A stretch of DNA of 63,266 nucleotides, filler included, from Octopus bimaculoides (GCF_001194135.2; 8 parts of 8 records of this genome joined end to end with filler, not necessarily neighbours in it), one strand, 5' to 3'; positions 38,898 to 51,240 are shown, counted from the first letter of the whole stretch. The notes: generated by a model not told the origin, from the letters alone. Translations and numbers: made by a program.

Positions 38898-39594
38898 GAG
38901 AAACAAAACACATCAATAAGCCATTTCAACCGAATGTGATGAAGGGAACGCTGGCAAGTTATTTAAAAAAAAACCAAATCGTTAATAAATTTAACGTCAA
39001 ATGCAATTTAGAAGAAGAGAAGGCGGAGAAAGAAAGAAATTAGCAGAAAACCAAGAGTGGAGAAATGTAGTGCGATAGATGAACGGGAATAAAAGCTTAA
39101 AGGCATGAAAATAGATATAGTTATATGTAAGAAAACAGTTAAAGGTCGAATTATATATATACACAAACAGACACACACAAACGTATCAAATTACACTTGT
39201 TTTTTCTCTGACTGGTATTTATCTCCTAACTGCTTATTTTCCCGTCTCCCTGCCTCTTTTATCTCATATTTTATAACACCAACAGTGTTTCGAGTTTCAT
39301 ATTTCAATTCTATCTCCTGATAAAAAAACCGTTAATCAATCACATCTAGATTAATTAAGTACTTTTGTATATTAAGCAATTTTGTGAATGATGACGACGT
39401 TTGTATACTAACTGTTGAAGCAGCTGTACAGTAAAACGGAATTCCAGATCTTTGCATGTTTTACTATTAATACACACGCGCGCGCACACGTACACACACA
39501 TAAACACACACAGGCATAAACATACATCTATATATATACATGCATATATACATATGTATATACATATATATACATACACAGCACAAATACTTCT

Positions 39595-39930
39595 CTTCTT
39601 GGCACTCCGTCGCTTACGACGTTGAGGGTTCCAGTTGATCCGATCAACGGAACAGCCTGCTCGTGAAATTAACGTGCAAGTGGTTGAGCACTCCACAGAC
39701 ACGTGTACCCTTAACGTAGTTTTCGGGATATTCAGCGTGACATACTGTGACAAGGCTGGCCCTTTGAAATACAGGTACAACAGAAACAGGAAGAGTGAGA
39801 GAAAGTTGTGGTGGAAGAGTACGGCAGGGTTCGCCACCATCCCCTGCCGGAGCCTCGTGGAGCTTTAGGTGTTTTCGCTCAATAAACACTCACAACGCCC
39901 GGTCTGGGAATCGAAACCGCAATGTTACGA
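39595..39930 (-). mobile_element. SINE B with a disrupted head
   Basis: Matches B through GAATCGAAACCGC, then is interrupted by an inverted repeat. Confidence 0.9.
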
Positions 39931-40056
39931 ACTTCATTACCTTACAGCTGTCTCTGCTATAAGATGCAGTCAACTCATAGTTGTATGCCCCAAAGCAGTC
40001 ACTCAAATATGAGTCCGCTGCATCTGATAGCAGAAACAGCTGTAAGGTAATGAAGT
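39931..40056. repeat. 49-bp imperfect inverted repeat with a 28-bp spacer
   Basis: ACTTCATTACCTTACAGCTGTCTCTGCTATAAGATGCAG.. versus ..CTGCATCTGATAGCAGAAACAGCTGTAAGGTAATGAAGT; 5 mismatches. Confidence 0.9.
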
Positions 40057-40769
40057 GTGGTATTTTAACCCTTCGCTCCGCCCAAATGTGTGACCTGCAA
40101 CTATGCTAGTTTAAAAGAACTTCTTCGTATTCCTATATACAGGGATGAGGTCGAAGCCGGAAGCACATTGAAGGGAAGCCTACTCTCGTATTCATTTTAT
40201 GAAACTTCGTCAAAATATGTTTTGTTTGTGAAAAATTAGTGAAGTAAACAGTGTACAAAACATAATTTGTGTTATAATAAGCATTCATCAGTTTAGCTGT
40301 TGAAACAAAAGCGTTTAACGATCGGCTTCTCAACGATTCTGACGTGTTACTCTATCACATTTGTCACAATCTGTATTATTTATTATTCATGTCTTTACTA
40401 AAACTGGTATGGCAGAATAAATCTCTGGGGAAATGGTTAAGTGAAGATCTTGCTATGTCATATACATCAATGTGTGAAAGAGTGTGTGTGTGTGTGTGCG
40501 TGTGAATTTGTAATATGTGTATGTTTATATGTGTGTAAATAGACATAAACATATATGTATATATGGTTGAGTGTGCGTGTATGAGTGTACGTGTGTGTAT
40601 AATATGCGCGTGGCACACATGTGTATGTGTGTGTGTGTGTGTATTTACATAGCAAAAAGAAAAAAAATCTTACAATGACAAATATGAATGTCATTATATT
40701 CTCTTTAGGTTATAATGTTCTTGTCGTTGTTGTTGTTGTTCTTATCAGCTTTACCGTTGCTGTTGTTGT

Positions 40770-40785
40770 TGATGATGAGGATAAC

Positions 40786-40820
<35 letters not shown>

Positions 40821-41087
40821 CGACGACGACGATGACGACTATGGTGATGACGGCGACGACAAAGACGACGGCGATGATGATGATGATATTCATGATGATG
40901 ACGATGATGATTATGACGATGACGATGTCGATGACGATGACGATGATGATGATGATGATGACGACGATGATGATGATGACGATGACGATGACGATGACGA
41001 AGGTCTTGACAGATACATTTATATCGATNNNNNNNNNNTGACGATGACGAAGGTCTTGACAGATACATTTATATCGATATTATTATT

Positions 41088-41134
<47 letters not shown>

Positions 41135-41175
41135 TATTATTATTATTGATGTTGTTATTAGTATTATTATTATTG
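40770..41175. repeat. (GAT/GAC)n followed by (ATC)n and (TAT)n
   Basis: Read directly; gives poly-Asp and poly-His pseudo-ORFs. Confidence 0.95.
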
Positions 41176-41177
41176 TA

Positions 41178-41870
41178 GTCTTATTTTTATAACGTGCTTT
41201 CACTTCACTACCGAGCGCAGCTCTGTGTGCCTTGGGCATGTGCTGTGGTTTGCTGTGATGCTCTTATTGCTACTGTATTGAAAGTGTTTTACGTAGAATG
41301 TGTGCAGTGCCGAGTAGTGCTATTTTCTGTGTGTTATATATATTTGTAAGTCCTGGTGTTTTTGTTATGTATTTGTCTGAATGTTTTTTCATCATACCAA
41401 ATGCACTTTCTGCTGGTGGTGCTGCATTGATCTCTATTCTATTTTTGCCAAGTTCTTGGTAGAATCTTTTGGGGGTTCACTTAGACTGTTTGGTTTGTTC
41501 AAAGAAACGTTGGCGTTTCTCATACCGGCGGATTCTTTGTGCTTTGGCTAGGATATCTTGCTTTAGTTGTTCTTTTTGTTCTGAGAATATATCTTCCTAT
41601 GTTAGCTAGTTCCAGGGTTCATTGCTGTATCCAAATCTTTATCTAGGTTATTTTTCTTCCAGATTTTATATGTATATGTTGTTACGTCTTCGTTCTTTGG
41701 GTAGAGCACTGCTGTAAAATAAGCGTGCAGGATTAAAATATATTCCTCACGATTTCATTTATGCATTATGGGATATAAGGAATAACATCCGGCCCTTTAT
41801 TTTGATGGTCATCATTTTCGTAGGGTACCGGTTCATTCATTTCTGGTGTTAAATGGATTTGCACGTTTTA
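41178..41870 (-). mobile_element. Doubly internally deleted R4/Dong-type mini-element between two (TAA)n tracts
   Basis: Minus: K*NREEYILILHAYFTAVLYP..TYKIWKKNN..LANIGRYILR | EQLKQDILAKAQRIRRYEKRQRFFEQ..RFYQELGK | GMMKKHSDKYITKTPGLTNIYNTQKIALLGTAHILRKTLSIQ*, then UTR and (TAA)n. Confidence 0.8.
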
Positions 41871-41966
<96 letters not shown>

Positions 41967-42019
41967 AATTTTGTTCATTGTATACGTGTGTATTCGTGAT
42001 TATTTTATTTATTTTTAAA

Positions 42020-42104
42020 TTTGATTTTAGGAAAATTGAAGCATATCAGACAATACCGGAGCGTATTGAATTTATTTTGTGCGTGACTTTTGGCCCACCC
42101 TGTA
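42020..42104 (+). mobile_element. Tc1/mariner-type right end
   Basis: GACTTTTGGCCCACCCTG plus TA is the reverse complement of a CAGGGTGGGCCAAAAGT-type TIR. Confidence 0.5.
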
Positions 42105-42167
42105 TATATGTATACATGCATATGTGTGTATATAATTATATATGTTTGTATATGTTTAAATATATAA

Positions 42168-42209
<42 letters not shown>

Positions 42210-44084
42210 NNNNNNNNNNNNNNNNNNNNNNNNNNNNNNNNNNNNNNNNNNNNNNNNNNNNNNNNNNNNNNNNNNNNNNNNNNNNNNNNNNNNNNNNNNN
42301 NNNNNNNNNNNNNNNNNNNNNNNNNNNNNNNNNNNNNNNNNNNNNNNNNNNNNNNNNNNNNNNNNNNNNNNNNNNNNNNNNNNNNNNNNNNNNNNNNNNN
42401 NNNNNNNNNNNNNNNNNNNNNNNNNNNNNNNNNNNNNNNNNNNNNNNNNNNNNNNNNNNNNNNNNNNNNNNNNNNNNNNNNNNNNNNNNNNNNNNNNNNN
42501 NNNNNNNNNNNNNNNNNNNNNNNNNNNNNNNNNNNNNNNNNNNNNNNNNNNNNNNNNNNNNNNNNNNNNNNNNNNNNNNNNNNNNNNNNNNNNNNNNNNN
42601 NNNNNNNNNNNNNNNNNNNNNNNNNNNNNNNNNNNNNNNNNNNNNNNNNNNNNNNNNNNNNNNNNNNNNNNNNNNNNNNNNNNNNNNNNNNNNNNNNNNN
42701 NNNNNNNNNNNNNNNNNNNNNNTATATATATATATATCATTTACATACAAAATTATCATTCGTGGATGTTTCTCACGTAATCTGACACTTTAAAAGAATC
42801 TTTGTGCTATTTTAATTTTCTTTTCTTTTCTTTTCTTTTCTTTTTGGGGGATGAAGTTAATCTGACAACTCGGTATGTGTAAGTAATTGAGACACAAATG
42901 GCATTTACTCTTACATGAAAAAAATTAACAAAAATTGTATAATAATGAAAGGAAAATATATTTGCGGAATATGTTTATCTACATGAATTCTGTTCTCTCA
43001 TATAACACACACTCCAATTAAGTTTCCATTACAAAAATTGAACATTAATAAATATACATAATATGAGACATTTTGGCAAAGCTGTTTTGGCGCCGCTTAT
43101 TTGGCGTCGTGCTCTCAACACTGACTTATTTGACATCAGAGGCTTTAAAATTTTGTCTTGTTTTAATGTTTCTTTCGTTCTTTCCCGCCTCCTCCGTGTG
43201 AACATATTTCTTTTTATGTGTATGAGAAGAAAGAAAGTTTTTGCCTGAATCGTGTTCACTTCATAAAGTATAATCTGTCAATCTCTTCCTGTCTTTCATT
43301 CTTTCTATCTGTATGTGTATGTTTGTGAGTGCATCTGCATGCGTACGTGCGTGTATGTGTGAACGCGCACGCGTGTTTTCCTCCAACGTCAAAATTACTG
43401 TCACCAAAACAGGTTGAATGTCCAGTCTAACATGCCGGATCATCAACGTCCAAACAGCTGCGCCCAATCGTCTTATTCTGATACAAATATATAGCATTAA
43501 TATTGATATTTCCAGTTAATCTAATGAAGTTTCTTTTCGTATTGGGTATTCTGTTATTCTGGCTTCAGTTCTTGTTTTTTGTTTTTATTTTATTCTATTG
43601 AATTTTCGACCGTAATACGAACAATCGTCGGGATTGACGGGAGCTTTATTCTATCGGCCCCGTACGAATGAAAGACAAAGTTGAACTCGACAAAAATATT
43701 CTCGTAGAACGTAAAATCCGTAACTATAAACACTGTAATGTGTTTCATCCGGCGCTTTGCCTAACTTAGGAATGGGTGAAATTCGAGTTTCCAGGGTAAA
43801 TTTTCGAAATTCCAACAAGAAAATCAATTTCAGGTTGAAAGCTCTTCCTTATTATTCGCCCTGTTTTTGTTAAATTTATTTTTTATAATTTTTATTTTAA
43901 AGATGTAAATGTTAAATGTAAATGCTATGCAATAAATCTTGTTATATATAAACTACTTTAATATAACTTGGTTAATGTCATGCAACAGTGTTGTGTACAT
44001 GACTACTTTAATATGAAGCAGTTAATGTCATGGAATAGTGCTGAATACACAAAACTACTAAACTAAGACTACATTAATATAAAG

Positions 44085-44355
44085 GTCACAGCTTTGGTAC
44101 TACGGACATGTGATTTGAATATCACAGAAAAGAATCGCAAGATGGATTCTTCAAGCCGAGCCAACCAGCAGAAAAGCTGGAGGTAGACCAAGAACGAGAT
44201 CGTTGGATAATATCATAGTCGCAGTTGGTCGTGTTTGAGAATCTAGCTGGAAAGTCTTATGACGGAAGCTTCTGACAGAACCCTATCAAGGGGGGTCCTG
44301 AGGATACTGCACTCACAGCCCTCCCAGGAATAGTTGACGGAGAAAATGGACGGTT
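44085..44355 (+). mobile_element. RTE (Expander-like) 3' end, second copy
   Basis: Colinear with 21186-21450 (GGTAGACCAAGAA..TTGGA.AATATC..CCTGAGGAT.CT.C). Confidence 0.65.
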
Positions 44356-44925
44356 GTTATGTAATAGTGTTGTATACATGACTGTTTTAATATATTATTC
44401 TTAATTTTGTGCAATAGGGTTTATATATAATGCAAAACTACTTTGATATAAAGCTGTTAATGTTATGCAATCGTGCTCTATACAAGACTACATTAAATAC
44501 ATTTGATTAAGTCTTCTGCATGTAACATGAATGTAGTGATTTAAAAGCGCCTCGATTTACGGAGATCATCGATGTAATTAATAAACAAATACAGGCTCTG
44601 TAATGCGGTGCTTAAAATGCAAAAAGCAACAAACAAGCAAGCGAGATAACTCTAGTGGTATTTATTCGCTGACCTACAATTTTGGAAACCGTAAACTGTT
44701 ATAAATAATCAACTTGATATTTGCAGGAACTTTATGAAGCGTTTAATTTGTGTTCTTAATCGAAATCACGAAATACTCGGTACATACCTGTTATGAAACT
44801 TTATGGACATTCAAATATTGACATAAACATATGCTAAATTTTTATTCTGCATGCATTAACGATATAAGTGTTATTATTTACAATGGACTTCGTGTAATCT
44901 TTGCATCAACGCTGTCAAAATCAAG

Positions 44926-45160
44926 GTAAGTAACTCATATAACGACACGTGCTTTTCTCGGACCATAATTTTCCTTCTCTCTGGACTTAGCCTCTTTTCT
45001 GTTTCTGACGACGATCCATGCTCGAAACGTCACATCTCCCTCTTTTTTACATCTTAAACTTCCTCTCAGCGTCAGTCTAATACATTCACTAATTACGTCC
45101 CTTTGACTTTCATTACTTACCCTGTTTTTGTTTTTGTTTCTGATTTGCCTAAGTAAATCT
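44926..45160 (+). mobile_element. Penelope-like terminal-repeat fragment with a degenerate hammerhead
   Basis: CTGACGA (45005-45011)..GCTCGAAACGTC (to 45031), followed by a pyrimidine-rich tail. Confidence 0.5.
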
Positions 45161-45164
45161 ATTT

Positions 45165-45550
45165 TTATCTTTTACTTGTTTCAGTCATTAGACTTCGGCC
45201 ATGCTGGGGCACTGCCATGAAGAGCTTTAGTCGAACGAATCGACCACAGTCCTTATTTTTATTTTGAGCCTATTTTAACGGTTTCTCTCCCGAACCGCTA
45301 AGTTGCGAGGACGTAAATACATCAACACTGGTTGTCAAGCGGTGGTGGACGACAGACACAGGCACAAGTACACACACATACAGACACACACACACAGAAC
45401 GAGCGTCTTTCAGTTTCCGTCTACGAAATTCATTCACAAGGTTTTGGTCGGTCCGAGGCTGTAGAAGAAGACACCCAATGTGCCACACAATGGGACTAAA
45501 CCTGGGCCAAGTTGCTGGGAAGCAAACGTCTTACCACGAGGCCACGCCTG
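45165..45550 (-). mobile_element. SINE A
   Basis: Full head-to-tail match with small deletions. Confidence 0.85.
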
Positions 45551-47794
45551 TTTTCAATTTAGGAAAATATCGAAGTACACCCACCAACTATAATTCCCTC
45601 CTAACCGGTTCCGCGTTCATTTACACACTTATCTGTCATTCTTTACTTCGAATTTTTTTTTTACCATTCTAACACCCATCCCCCCCCCCTTATTAAACTC
45701 TTCTCTTTTTCTTTCTTTTTCTTCTTTTCGTTCTTCCTTTCCTTTACTTTTTCTTCGTTCTTTTCCTTTGTTTCACCTCTTTTCTCTCGTTCTCTTATAC
45801 ATTTCTTAAAGCAGGTCGGAATTAAACGCAGAAAATATGAATAGGTCGCTTGAAAACTTAACATTTACTCCAGTGTTTCTCAACCGGGTCAATATGGTCC
45901 CTTTGGGGTTTACATAAAATTTCGTGAAACAGTTAGACTGTTTATGCATGTTTCTTTGTAATTAACGTTGAAACCGACTGACGAGCAGAAAGAAGAAACT
46001 CACGAGTGATGATTGTAAAGCTCCATACATGTAAAATTATTTCACTCTACTTCTGGTAGTAAGCACTTTCCTCTCTGTGTGCATGTGCCTGTGGAGTATA
46101 TGATCTATTTCATATTATGAGAAATGTTGGTGCCTTGCTCACGACACGATAAGGGAGATGATTTAGACCACTTGGAACTATCTTCCTTGGTTGCTATACA
46201 TACCTATACGACTGGTAGTGTTGAAGGATATATTTTTCCACTTTGTTTAACATCAGGTAATTTTACATCACTCATTAACTGATAGATGCATTATCATTAA
46301 TAGCATATTTATAACAGGTATACAATACATATACATACATAAATACATATATATACATAAATACATACATACATACAGTCCACAGATGAGATCCAGAGAT
46401 TCTTAGTACGGGTGACACTTAGCTCAAAAGATTCAAGCTTAGACTCCGATGTCTTTACAAGGGATTGGTTACACAGGGTAAAGACTGGCGATAAGAGGGG
46501 ATCAAGTTGATCCAAAGATTCTCAGTACAGGAAACGCTATGTAGAGCTTTTTTTCCTGTGGCGAAAAGGGGTGGGTGGGTTTGATGTACCCAGACTAAAT
46601 TTTAAGCACGACATATACGAAATAAAACACATAAATGATAATTACTACGAAACTAACTTGTATAAATTAGATACACTAAATAAAATATATATGTAACTTA
46701 CTATAACAAACTCATAAACCGTATATAGTGGCATAAGACGAAAACTAAAACCAGCAAATAAATAATCATTATTAAATAAACTGATGTAAATTTGAATAAC
46801 TAATATAAAGATTTTAAATACTAATAAATTGTACAATATATGCATGACTTGGCTGACAAAGACAAGACTCTAATAAATTCAAATATGAAGCCATCAGGCT
46901 TATTGCACGGCAAATACGTTGTACCTCAGTTTAGCTATGCGCGTATAGCAGCCTCTTTCAAATTTAACTCACCAGTCTTATTGTACACATTAATCTCTAC
47001 AGACTTATAACAATTACAACAAAAACGTATTTAAATGCATATATTTATCGTTGGCTTTCAATTATCTAGGGTAAATTTTGTATGATAAAGTTTTGAAAAA
47101 AACTATAAGTGGAAACGAAAATATCGGTTTTGTATCTGCAACAACCATTAAATTACCCAATCAAACTTGGCATCTTCACTTTCTATAAATTATTAAGAAA
47201 ACAAATCTCACAAAACGTCAAGTATAAGTTGGCTGACAGAGGAAAACACTTCCTCTTTCTCTCTAGAGGAAATGCATCTAACTTGTCTAAATAACTTGCA
47301 CGCAAACGAAACGTATGCAGTGTTTAAAACAAAATTAATTGCTTTAGCTTATCTGAAACTAGCAAAACCCTTTGTATCTAACATTTGACATAAAAGCCAT
47401 TCTGTTTCTAATTGATAATTTATCTCCAAACACTAAATCCATTGTTTTAAACATTCCGGCCACCACCAGTTTTAAATGTAAATTCGTATACTGTATAGAA
47501 AATTAGTACCCATACTATCTTCACATGCTAAAGTTTCTCTATAAATGTTAGTTCTAATCCTTCATAATAAGATAACTCCTGAACTTTGGTAAATTGTCTT
47601 GAAATTTCAAACAAAAACTTGTAGTTCCACATATCACTGCATTAGCTAAAATTGCTATCTTTCTATTCATAATTATTCTCATTCTAACTATTGATTTACT
47701 TTTTATGATTTGAATATCAGAAATAGTTCCGGAGGTAACGGTCCATTTCTTCTATAAAATAATCATTTAATTCTCCTATTTTAAACCTCGTGAA

Positions 47795-48430
47795 AGTGCG
47801 TGGCTTAGTGGATAGAGTGTTGTATTCACGATCGCAAGAATGTGGTTTCAATTTCTGGACCGGGTGGTGCGTTGTGTACTTGAGTAAAACACTTCATTTC
47901 ACGTTGCTTCGGTTCATTTGGCTGTAAATGAGTAATCCTGCAATAGACTGACATCCTATTCTTGCGGGGTGGGTGTTTGATGAGAGATTGGTCGCTTATA
48001 GGCCATGGAAACCGAATAACCGGTTCTATATGTTCTCGGACTGAGCCACTAATGTCCACGGGTTATCTGTTTAACTGTTTTAAGCCTTAGACTCTCTTCT
48101 GAAAATAAAAGTCATACATTATATCACTACAGTGATTAGAGGGTCGGGCTTACACTCGTGAGATTGTGAGTTCGACTCCTGGACTGAGCTATGTATTCTT
48201 GAGCAAGACACTCTATTTCACGTTGCTCCAGTTCATTCAGCTGTAGAAATGAGTTGCAACATCACTGGTGCCAAGCTGTTATCGGCCCCTTTGCTGTTCC
48301 CTTACATATCATCGGTGGCGTGGAGAGGGGAGGCTGGTATATATGGGTGACTGTTAGTCTTCCACAAATAACGTTGCCCGGACTTGTGCCTCGGAAGAGA
48401 AATTTCTATGTTCAACCACATGGTTATTCT
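47795..48430 (+). mobile_element. Two SINE E copies (47795-47960, 48130-48430)
   Basis: GTGCGTGGCTTAGTGG..TTGAG(T/C)AA(A/G)ACACT..ATTTCACGTTGCT. Confidence 0.8.
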
Positions 48431-48494
48431 TTTACATCACCACAGAAATTATAATCGATTCTTACTTATTCTTCATTTGCTAACATCATCACAT

Positions 48495-48712
48495 AACACT
48501 AGTTTCAAATTTCGTTGCAAAGCTAGCAGTTTCGGGAGAGGGGTAAGTCAATTATATTGACCCCAGTACTAAACTGGTACTTATTTTATCGACTCTGAAA
48601 GGATAAAAACAAAGCCGACCTCGGTGGTATTTGAACACAGAACGTAAAGACGGACGAAATACCAATAAGCATTTCATCCGACGCCGTTAACGATTCTGCC
48701 AACTCGCCGTCT
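48495..48712 (-). mobile_element. SINE C
   Basis: Reverse complement of 50383-50600. Confidence 0.85.
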
Positions 48713-48749
48713 AACCATCACATAATATTAACTACATGCAGCTACAAAA

Positions 48750-49685
48750 TTTATAAATTAAAAAATTACCAGCATCTTTATCCATATAACATATTTGTAT
48801 TCATCTTACTTATGTAAATCTTTCCCGACACACAAATCTATTTTACTAAAAGTTTCAGCTATTATAATACTTTCTCTGTTTCCATTCCTCAAAACCATCC
48901 ACTTTAATCTCGTATTTATGAGTTCAACCACAAAATCTCTTACTGATTCCAATAACAAATTTCCTAACTTGAACTTATTGTCTCTGACTCTTTAGCTTTT
49001 CTTCCCTCATCATCAGTATCCCTAAGTATCTGTTACATATAACTTGAGTTCTTTATACGATGACTACAAATCAATTCTGCGTATCCCTAACACCCAGTCC
49101 ACCTCTTAAATATGAGAACCACAAATGTAATTTTAAGCCCTGTAAGCGACCCACGCTTTTTTGCAAAGCGGGTGTTCAGAGAGCTTACCACCTACGCAGA
49201 GATATACCTTCATTCCATATGGAATTTTTCATTGCATGTTTTACCTTTTCGGTAAATAGCCAGAAACAGTAAGCAGCATATAACCGAGATGTTAAAAATC
49301 AAGTAAAATCTGCCCTTAAAGCTTTTTAAAATTGAGAAAAAGCCTTGCACTGAGTTAATCACACTCTCTAAACAATATATGCATTTAACGAAAAAATAAA
49401 AAGTAGTTTACATCATTGGATGCCAACGAAGTCGCAGGTATTACATCAGAGTTTTCGATCTCCTAGAGAGGTATTTAAACCGGCAATCTACCAAGTTTAG
49501 TACCTTTCGGAATCTTTAAATAAACGACTATAAAATCTATGTTAAAAAAATAACGTCTGTAAAAGTTAACTCTATGAGCGTCCAAAACGAATATGATCTC
49601 AAGAAACTTAAAACTTCTATAAGTGCCTCTCACTACATATTCGACTAAGCTCCTTCTATGTTACCTGCATATTTTCGTATATTTC
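48750..49685 (-). pseudogene. Heavily decayed L1/Tx1-like ORF2 RT C-terminal remnant
   Basis: Minus, with stops and frameshifts, in the expected order: YAGN (decayed YADD, 49671-49660), VDCRFKYL (~49480), KNSIWNEG, RGGLGVRD (49106-49083). Confidence 0.5.
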
Positions 49686-49769
49686 AATTATTCTGTGGAA
49701 ACTTATTTTTATACTTTTATTTTCATATATACAAATACACAAAATAAAACTATTTTCTCTTTATGTTAA

Positions 49770-49916
49770 AATGTTAAACTTAAGCTTGCTTCCCAACCAC
49801 ATAGTTCTGGGTTCAGTCCCACTGCATGGCACCCTGAGCAAGTGTCTTCTACTACAGTCACGGGCCGACCAAAGCCTTATGAGTGGATGTGGTAGACGGA
49901 AACTGAAAGAAGCACG

Positions 49917-49920
<4 letters not shown>
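49770..49920 (+). mobile_element. SINE A 5' half
   Basis: Head motif ending in (TA)n and a gap. Confidence 0.8.
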
Positions 49921-49947
<27 letters not shown>

Positions 49948-50382
49948 NNNNNNNNNNNNNNNNNNNNNNNNNNNNNNNNNNNNNNNNNNNNNNNNNNNNN
50001 NNNNNNNNNNNNNNNNNNNNNNNNNNNNNNNNNNNNNNNNNNNNNNNNNNNNNNNNNNNNNNNNNNNNNNNNNNNNNNNNNNNNNNNNNNNNNNNNNNNN
50101 NNNNNNNNNNNNNNNNNNNNNNNNNNNNNNNNNNNNNNNNNNNNNNNNNNNNNNNNNNNNNNNNNNNNNNNNNNNNNNNNNNNNATATTATAGAAATTTA
50201 TTGCTGGAGTCACAATGATTTTTTTTAAAAATTTAATTAAAAATTCTCTTTTAAAAAATTGTAAAAACAAAGGAGATTAACAGACATGGTGAAAGTTATG
50301 AAGATTTTAGTGTTGACGCTTTCGACTGTCAGGATCCACTTGGTATGGACCAAAGCTTTCTATGTTCAGATCGTTAAAGTGA

Positions 50383-50600
50383 TAAGGCGGCGTGCTGGCA
50401 GAAACGTTAGCACGCCGCGCCAAATGTTTATCGGTGTTTCGTTTGTCTTTACGTTCTGAGTTCAAATTTCACCGAGGTCGACTTTTCCTTTTATCCTTTC
50501 GGGGTCGATAAATTACGTACCAGTTGCGTATTGCGGTAGATCTAATCGACTGGCTCCCTCCCCCAAAATTTTGGGCCTTGTACCTTGAGTAGAAAAGATC
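50383..50600 (+). mobile_element. SINE C (best copy)
   Basis: TAAGGCGGCGTGCTGGCAGAAACGTTAG..GAGTTCAAATT..CCTTTCGGGGTCGATAAATT..GGGCCTTGTACC. Confidence 0.88.
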
Positions 50601-51204
50601 TTTAATGTAATAATTGTGTTCAAAAGAGGTTGTCAGAATTTTCATTTTTATTTCAGATTTGAAGTTTTTATAATTTCTACTTCTTCTTTTGCTTTTCGTA
50701 ATTCTTCATGTTCTTCTATTTTGAAAAGTGGGAAATATTCTGAATTTCTCATTCGCACAATTATTTCAATGTTCACTGTATGGAATATTTTAACAGATTT
50801 GCAATTGATATATTCTGATTCGGTCCATTCATTTTGTTCCTCATCAATCAATACAGTTCTCATTTTCCCTCTGAAATGTGTTGGAACATGTTAGAATTTC
50901 GATTTGACAATTCTTATTTTCATTAACCTTGAATTCTTTTCCATCCTTTGAATATTTCAATTATACTCAGGTCAATTAAATCGCCCGTCCGCCTACGAAG
51001 GCCATAGGTACATTGACACATGCATATAATGAAAGGAAGACAAAGAGAAAAGAGACGGAAAGATGCGTGAAGAGGAAGAATAAACTAAAACCCTAAAAGA
51101 GGGTCATTAAGGCATTTCAAGGTCAAAAGGATTTTGCTAAAGTGGACCACTTCTCCCCCCTCCCTCCGCACACATCCTTTATTCTCCCTTTATCTTCTTT
51201 TCAT

Positions 51205-51240
<36 letters not shown>

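Noticed and set aside
40621-41178. Poly-Asp acidic ORF resembling biomineralisation proteins
   Set aside because: It is a (GAT/GAC)n microsatellite crossing a gap, flanked by other simple repeats.
44869-44925. 57-nt candidate exon ending at AAG|GTAAGT (VIIYNGLRVIFASTLSKS)
   Set aside because: The acceptor is weak, and the donor-like motif appears to be the start of the adjacent Penelope-like fragment.
45975-46010. CTGACGAG..GAAACTCACGAGTG hammerhead-like string
   Set aside because: No helix II or helix I pairing, and G at the cleavage position.
46540-47400. AT-rich region with hydrophobic ORF 46645-46845 as a possible NUMT
   Set aside because: No mitochondrial protein, rRNA or tRNA motif recognised.
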